20,000 nucleotides of DNA from an uncultured virus (IMG/VR IMGVR_UViG_3300041405_000400) (lineage: Duplodnaviria; Heunggongvirae; Uroviricota; Caudoviricetes). Shown here piece after piece: positions 15,989 to 20,000 of the stretch; the first letter of the stretch is position 1; every line of letters starts with the position of its first letter. Made by a program: the position numbers and the translations under genes. The DNA lies in the IMG/VR virus record IMGVR_UViG_3300041405_000400, one strand, 5' to 3'. The notes below the pieces were generated by a model, which ran no database searches, was not told the DNA's origin, and saw only the letters and a program-made list of their open reading frames with translations.

Positions 15989-16543
15989 CTAGCCTTCCGT
16001 GCCAGACAACCAACCCGGCTCAGTGGCTGTTGCCAGCCATTCACGTAGCGAGCCAGCATCTTTACCCGGCTCATCCTCGCTTCCCCAACGCTCATCTAGC
16101 AGTGTTTCACCGGTAAGTGTCACATCATACGGTTCATCATCCCCGACAAGCTCATGCATCAGCTCCAGGGCTTGCTCAGGCGACGTGGCGGCGAACCAGT
16201 CAGATTCCCCGACTTGATAGCAGCTCAATCCTGCCGGGTGGATCTGATCGCCCAAAAGATCCTTGTTTGTTGATTGGCGAACAACACGAACACTCCGAAT
16301 TTGACCCAGTGTTTCAAAGGCGTCTGGATCTTCGCGGTGCCAATCATTTTCGCCGACAAACGTAGCTCGATCCCAGCGCCGGGTGCGTACACCGTTTTGA
16401 AGGATGCAAACCATGTAGTTGTCTGTCGTTCTGTTTGCTTTAACGATGTTCATGGCGTTCTCAACGTCAGACGCTGAAATGGTTTTGTTTTCACCGCTGT
16501 TAGTGCGAACGGTCACTTCAATTTTTGATGAATCTGGCTGCAT
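15989..16543 (-). CDS. Hypothetical protein (probably two domains)
   Basis: 184 aa. The acidic C-terminal half reads YQVGESDWFAATSPEQAL...PGWLSGTE. Confidence 0.75.
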   Translation of the reverse strand: MQPDSSKIEVTVRTNSGENKTISASDVENAMNIVKANRTTDNYMVCILQNGVRTRRWDRATFVGENDWHREDPDAFETLGQIRSVRVVRQSTNKDLLGDQIHPAGLSCYQVGESDWFAATSPEQALELMHELVGDDEPYDVTLTGETLLDERWGSEDEPGKDAGSLREWLATATEPGWLSGTEG

Positions 16544-16559
16544 ATTTGATTCTCACGTT

Positions 16560-16790
16560 TAATGTTGCAGCTGTTGCGCGCTGTTGCGTCGGCGCCTGCA
16601 ACACCTGTCGTTGATATTGGGGTGATGCCCTGTGGCAGTGGGTGCGTGCCTGTGGTTTCGCTGGACGGGCTAGCACCATCCACTGTCCGCCGCTCGCAGG
16701 CCCTATCGGAGTCGTCCTGCACCCACTCCACAAGGCACCAAACCTCTGTGTTTGTATGTTGTCATCGATTGGAAACTGGCATTGCCCTCA
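16560..16790 (-). ncRNA. Structured intergenic RNA candidate with raiA-motif-like blocks
   Basis: A ~19-bp helix (16626-16645/16719-16737) needs a G-U pair available only on the minus strand. It encloses GCCUG/CAGGC and GGAC/GUCC stems and AGCGAAAC. A second hairpin lies at 16563-16570/16596-16603. No convincing ORF. Confidence 0.6.
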
Positions 16791-17324
16791 CGATTTGATG
16801 ACGCCTTCCATTTTCTGCATTGCAGTGAGGTACTTGATCGGATTGCCGTAGTACAAATCATAAATGCCTTTGAAAAATTCGATGTTCTGGTCTTGTGTCA
16901 TGAACACCTTCTTTGGCAAGTGAAAGGTATACTCGCCGCTGTAATCGAATTCGAGCTTGGTTTTTGCGGTCAGTCCAATAATCAGATGACGGATGATCGT
17001 TCTCGTTTTGTCGGCAACGCAGGCTGAGCCCTCATGGCGTTCCAGATTGTGGCGAAAATGACTTTCCACATACGAGTAATGCTTGAACAAAAACTGAACT
17101 TCATAATTTTGTCCAAAATAAGTGGTCAGCAAACCATCGACCATGTTGCCCAGGGGATAGATCAGCGACATGTAGAACAGGTCAGCATCCGTTTCTTCGA
17201 CTGCGTTGCACGCATACTCAATGGGCTTGAGGTGCTTAATGTGTTCGAATGTAGCAACTGATTCTGATTGAAAGCCTGTGAACAGCGCGTCCAGTACAGA
17301 GGCCACTTCCTCTTTCGCCAGCAT
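16788..17324 (-). CDS. Hypothetical protein
   Basis: 178 aa with AAGGA RBS. Confidence 0.8.
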   Translation of the reverse strand: MLAKEEVASVLDALFTGFQSESVATFEHIKHLKPIEYACNAVEETDADLFYMSLIYPLGNMVDGLLTTYFGQNYEVQFLFKHYSYVESHFRHNLERHEGSACVADKTRTIIRHLIIGLTAKTKLEFDYSGEYTFHLPKKVFMTQDQNIEFFKGIYDLYYGNPIKYLTAMQKMEGVIKS

Positions 17325-17365
17325 ATGAAACGTCCTTTTAGATAATTAGCTGCTTAATATATATG

Positions 17366-17397
17366 AAAAATGCCCTCGCTGCTTGAGGGCATTTTTT
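17366..17397. terminator. Bidirectional intrinsic terminator
   Basis: AAAAATGCCCTC-GCTGCTT-GAGGGCATTTTT, directly after the stop of 17402-18403. Confidence 0.8.
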
Positions 17398-17401
17398 GTT
17401 T

Positions 17402-18403
17402 TTACGATTTTAGCGCTTGAAGCGCCTCGTTCGTCATTCGAATGATCTCCAGCCGTTCAGGCGTTTCATCTTCCGGGTAACAATCGACCCGCAGGGTCTG
17501 TTTGCGAAATTTGCCGCCGTAGCCGAGGTGCCCACCAAACCGCCATTCGTGGGTTGGGATTTTGCCGCACATATTGGAAACAAAGGCGTCTCTTCGGTCT
17601 TCAGGCGCCCCGGCTTCTTCGACGAGCGCATCGTAGGCAATCTCAGCCTGACGGTAGCTCAGTGGCAACAGCCCATTGGCAGCGCCCAACTGATCATCGG
17701 CAAACTGTTGTGCGACGTGAAGCACCTGCTGACAACGATCCAGGTTCAGCCAATCATGCTCATTTTCATCCATCTCTCGCAGGCTGCCTTCCATGTCTAC
17801 CCAATGGGAAGAGTTTGGTGCTACGAGCTTGATCGCTTCCAGTTGATCGGCGATGTTTTCGGCCCCAAGGCCACCGGCATAGCCGCAGGATACAGGCAGA
17901 GGTGTCGGCCAGAAGTCAGGGCTAACGCCGCGTCCACCTGAAGCATCAAACAGCATGGCGTGGTTATCCAGCCCGCCCAGTGCTTCCCATAGCGAAGCAT
18001 TGGCTTCGTTATGCTGTGTGATAAAGGTCAATTTGGGGTAAGTGGAGATCAAGTCCCGAAGGGCCTGAATGTCAATCGGCTTGCGCGCCTGATTGAAGTT
18101 CAATTGAACGCGACCACCTCGATGGTTCACTCGAACAAGCAGCTCGGTAACGACCGGCTCTTTCTCCAGTAGATCCGTAACGCCCTTTCCGCATACGTGC
18201 ATCGCAACGTTCACGTAAAACGGCAGTGAGCTGAATGCGCCGTTCAGAAACTCTACCGATGGGTAACGTCCAGGCTGGCCCTGAAGTTTCGGAGAGTAGA
18301 GAAAGCCCCACTCTGCTGAACGATAGCGGGCGGACAGATCGGTGATCCTGGAGAGATCAGAGTGTTCATCAACACCAGTCAATGTGCAGAGAGTCAGTCG
18401 CAT
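17402..18403 (-). CDS. Phosphoribosylanthranilate-isomerase-like TIM-barrel protein fused to a small C-terminal domain
   Basis: Start at MRLTLCTLTG (AAGGA RBS). TrpF-like motifs LFDASGGRG, GYAGGLG and WVDMEG. Extra C-terminal domain EWRFGGHLGYGGKFR...DCYPEDETPER. Confidence 0.7.
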   Translation of the reverse strand: MRLTLCTLTGVDEHSDLSRITDLSARYRSAEWGFLYSPKLQGQPGRYPSVEFLNGAFSSLPFYVNVAMHVCGKGVTDLLEKEPVVTELLVRVNHRGGRVQLNFNQARKPIDIQALRDLISTYPKLTFITQHNEANASLWEALGGLDNHAMLFDASGGRGVSPDFWPTPLPVSCGYAGGLGAENIADQLEAIKLVAPNSSHWVDMEGSLREMDENEHDWLNLDRCQQVLHVAQQFADDQLGAANGLLPLSYRQAEIAYDALVEEAGAPEDRRDAFVSNMCGKIPTHEWRFGGHLGYGGKFRKQTLRVDCYPEDETPERLEIIRMTNEALQALKS

Positions 18404-18417
18404 GGTGTTGATCCTTT

Positions 18418-18726
18418 TTAAATGTTCATGTTGTAGCGTTGAATAACCACAACGTTTCGTTTGTTCTTGAAAATCAGCCGAGAAACCCCGCCGTTGAAGT
18501 GCCCGCAGCAATCATGCTCACAGTAGCAGGTTTGGCGAAAGTAATCGGCAAGGCTGCCTCGCAGAGTAAGGCGAGACGCGGAAAAGGAGGTAGGCAGTCG
18601 AATGTGAGTTACGATCATCTGACTTTCGCCATCGTCTTCCATACGCATTCCACCAGGAATGGCTTTGACGGTGCCGATGAAATTTTCGGCACCGTCACTC
18701 GTGTAAAGATGAGCTTTATATGGCAT
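18418..18726 (-). CDS. Hypothetical protein with a CxCxHDCCG cluster
   Basis: 102 aa, AAGGAGG RBS, first gene after the promoter. Contains CYCEHDCCGH. Confidence 0.8.
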   Translation of the reverse strand: MPYKAHLYTSDGAENFIGTVKAIPGGMRMEDDGESQMIVTHIRLPTSFSASRLTLRGSLADYFRQTCYCEHDCCGHFNGGVSRLIFKNKRNVVVIQRYNMNI

Positions 18727-18753
18727 TGCCTGCCTCCTTCTTCTGATGGAATC

Positions 18754-18781
18754 ATTATACCGAAATCAACGCAATTGTCAA
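18754..18781 (-). promoter_or_regulatory. Sigma70-type promoter
   Basis: Minus strand TTGACA (18781-18776), 16 nt, TATAAT (18759-18754). Confidence 0.75.
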
Positions 18782-18804
18782 TGTTAAAAACAACGCAACG
18801 TGCA

Positions 18805-19335
18805 TTAAACGCGTATGGCTGAGATTTCCCGACAAAGATTATTGACTGAGGTTTGCATGGCGCTGGCTCTCAGGCGCAGTTGATCCACTTTACCTTTGAT
18901 TTTTTCGTCACTGCTTCCGGCCATCTCCAGCAGCGTGACCAGAATTTCCTTGGCTTGTCGGTGGTTTTTGACATCCAAGAATTCGGTAGTCTGGTGCTTT
19001 AGAGCCCCGACCACATCAACGTAAAAATCATGTGCCTCTTGGCTGGAAATGTGTTTTGGCCATGTATCGTTTCGACCAAATCGCTCCATGAATTCCACAT
19101 CCAGTTTCAGCAAGTCAACGTCTGCGTGCAGGATCTGCATTTCTTCCGGCTTGAAATCCCCTACGTAACCCCAGGACATACCGGCATCGAGAATAAGTTT
19201 TCCGTTCTTGCGCTTGCAAATCCTGGTCGAGAAGTTGGTGTAATGAAGGCATTGGTTGAGCGTGACCGCCAGCGCGACGATCATGCCTTCTGCAATTGCA
19301 TTTCCTTCCCGATCAATGCCGTTTGGATTAGTCAT
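18805..19335 (-). CDS. Hypothetical protein
   Basis: 176 aa with GAGGA RBS. Confidence 0.8.
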   Translation of the reverse strand: MTNPNGIDREGNAIAEGMIVALAVTLNQCLHYTNFSTRICKRKNGKLILDAGMSWGYVGDFKPEEMQILHADVDLLKLDVEFMERFGRNDTWPKHISSQEAHDFYVDVVGALKHQTTEFLDVKNHRQAKEILVTLLEMAGSSDEKIKGKVDQLRLRASAMQTSVNNLCREISAIRV

Positions 19336-19381
19336 GATGCATTCCTCGCCTGAATCCCGATAAATTGAGTTGAGTCGAAAT

Positions 19382-19405
19382 AAAAAAGAGGGCCGAAGCC
19401 CCCTT
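19382..19405 (-). terminator. Intrinsic terminator of the ~270-nt ncRNA candidate
   Basis: Minus strand AAGGGGGC-UUCG-GCCCUCUU followed by more U residues, with a C(UUCG)G tetraloop. Confidence 0.85.
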
Positions 19406-19653
19406 AGGTGCGTAATATCAAATTCTGTACGGGCGAGCCGCTGCCGGAGACACGTCTTGGGCGCAAAGCACCATTGTTAAATGGCTGATCTGTTCAGTCG
19501 AAACAACTCCCTTTTCGAGAAAGGGTCTCATTCCCATGAGCCTAGAACGATGCACCTACTAGCACGCTTTCGCTTAAGAGTTGGTTACGTTCATTACGCC
19601 GTTACCATACAGCTAACTGATCAGAAACCTTGCCGAACTTCTACTACGCTTGA
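19382..19653 (-). ncRNA. ~270-nt structured non-coding RNA candidate with two predicted pseudoknots
   Basis: Own promoter and terminator, no credible ORF. Nested helices 19485-19490/19619-19624, 19504-19509/19578-19583, 19509-19514/19520-19525, 19527-19531/19536-19540 and 19542-19545/19559-19562. Long-range pairings 19405-19411/19552-19558 and 19410-19416/19593-19599. Confidence 0.7.
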
Positions 19654-19659
19654 GATTTA

Positions 19660-19688
19660 ATAATAACAAAACGGCAGCCTGAAGTCAA
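19660..19688 (-). promoter_or_regulatory. Sigma70-type promoter driving the ~270-nt RNA candidate
   Basis: Minus strand TTGACT (19688-19683), 17 nt, TATTAT (19665-19660). Confidence 0.65.
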
Positions 19689-19758
19689 TATTTACCTGAA
19701 ATTAAGGCGCCAATAGTCGTCAATGCGACATATGTCAAGTTTTTAACACTGACATTTG

Positions 19759-19787
19759 TTGACTATTTCACTAGGTATCGTTATATT
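19759..19787 (+). promoter_or_regulatory. Sigma70-type promoter
   Basis: TTGACT (19759-19764), 17 nt, TATATT (19782-19787). Confidence 0.6.
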
Positions 19788-19853
19788 TTCCCTTAGCGCT
19801 CTGTTCTGTGCGCCACCCACCATATTCGGAATTCCTCACAGTCGGAGCAATTG

Positions 19854-20000
19854 ATGCAGTGGTTCAACAACTGTAATTTCCAGTACAAATTTCAGATTTC
19901 ATTTTGCATGGTTTCCCTCATTCTGATCGGCATTTTTGGTTGGGCCTTCTGGGACAACGCAGAGAAAATGTCGATGAAAAGCCTTGATACTCAGCTCATG
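19854..20000 (+). CDS. N-terminus of a probable methyl-accepting chemotaxis protein or membrane sensor (truncated by the window)
   Basis: GGAG RBS. MQWFNNCNFQYKFQISFCMVSLILIGIFGWAFW... fits the MxWFxNxxxxxKxxxxF plus TM1 pattern of chemoreceptors. Confidence 0.55.
   Translation, partial: MQWFNNCNFQYKFQISFCMVSLILIGIFGWAFWDNAEKMSMKSLDTQLM

Noticed and set aside
16640..16715. Hammerhead ribozyme suggested by CGAAAC on the minus strand
   Set aside because: The CUGANGA core is absent (the sequence reads CUGCGAG) and stems I and III cannot be arranged properly.
16513..16851. Several 69-78-aa ORFs on both strands
   Set aside because: Non-ATG starts, no RBS and no protein-like features. They coincide with strong RNA secondary structure.
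19431..19470. c-di-GMP-I (GEMM) riboswitch-like words on the plus strand (GGGCGAGCC...GGGCGCAAAGC)
   Set aside because: It lacks the GNRA-capped P2 and the P3 receptor stem. The promoter and terminator show transcription on the minus strand.
1..20000. CRISPR array, IS/transposase, integrase, retron RT, tRNA or rRNA
   Set aside because: No regularly spaced direct repeats, terminal inverted repeats, DDE/tyrosine recombinase or YADD motifs, or cloverleaf structures were seen by eye.

Overview
This is a gene-dense accessory region of about 50% GC. It consists mostly of short, minus-strand hypothetical ORFs arranged in many small transcription units, each with a near-consensus sigma70 promoter and an intrinsic terminator. 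The content is most consistent with a large Gammaproteobacterial (Pseudomonas-like) megaplasmid or a jumbo-phage-like element; this origin is inferred. Recognisable proteins are a ChaA-type Ca2+/H+ antiporter, a Pol-beta-superfamily nucleotidyltransferase, an ABC/AAA_21-type ATPase with degenerate catalytic motifs, a lipoprotein, a PPP-family (NinI/PphA-like) phosphatase, an AlkB-family dioxygenase, an RMF-like protein, stand-alone DotL/IcmO-like all-alpha domains, a PRAI-like TIM-barrel fusion and the start of a probable chemoreceptor or sensor. The most striking features are three ORF-free, highly structured minus-strand RNA candidates. The first is a ~550-nt unit (5548-6100) and the second a ~270-nt unit with two predicted pseudoknots (19382-19653); each has its own promoter and terminator. 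The third is a ~230-nt intergenic element (16560-16790) with raiA-motif-like sequence blocks. I saw no CRISPR array, tRNA, rRNA or transposase.
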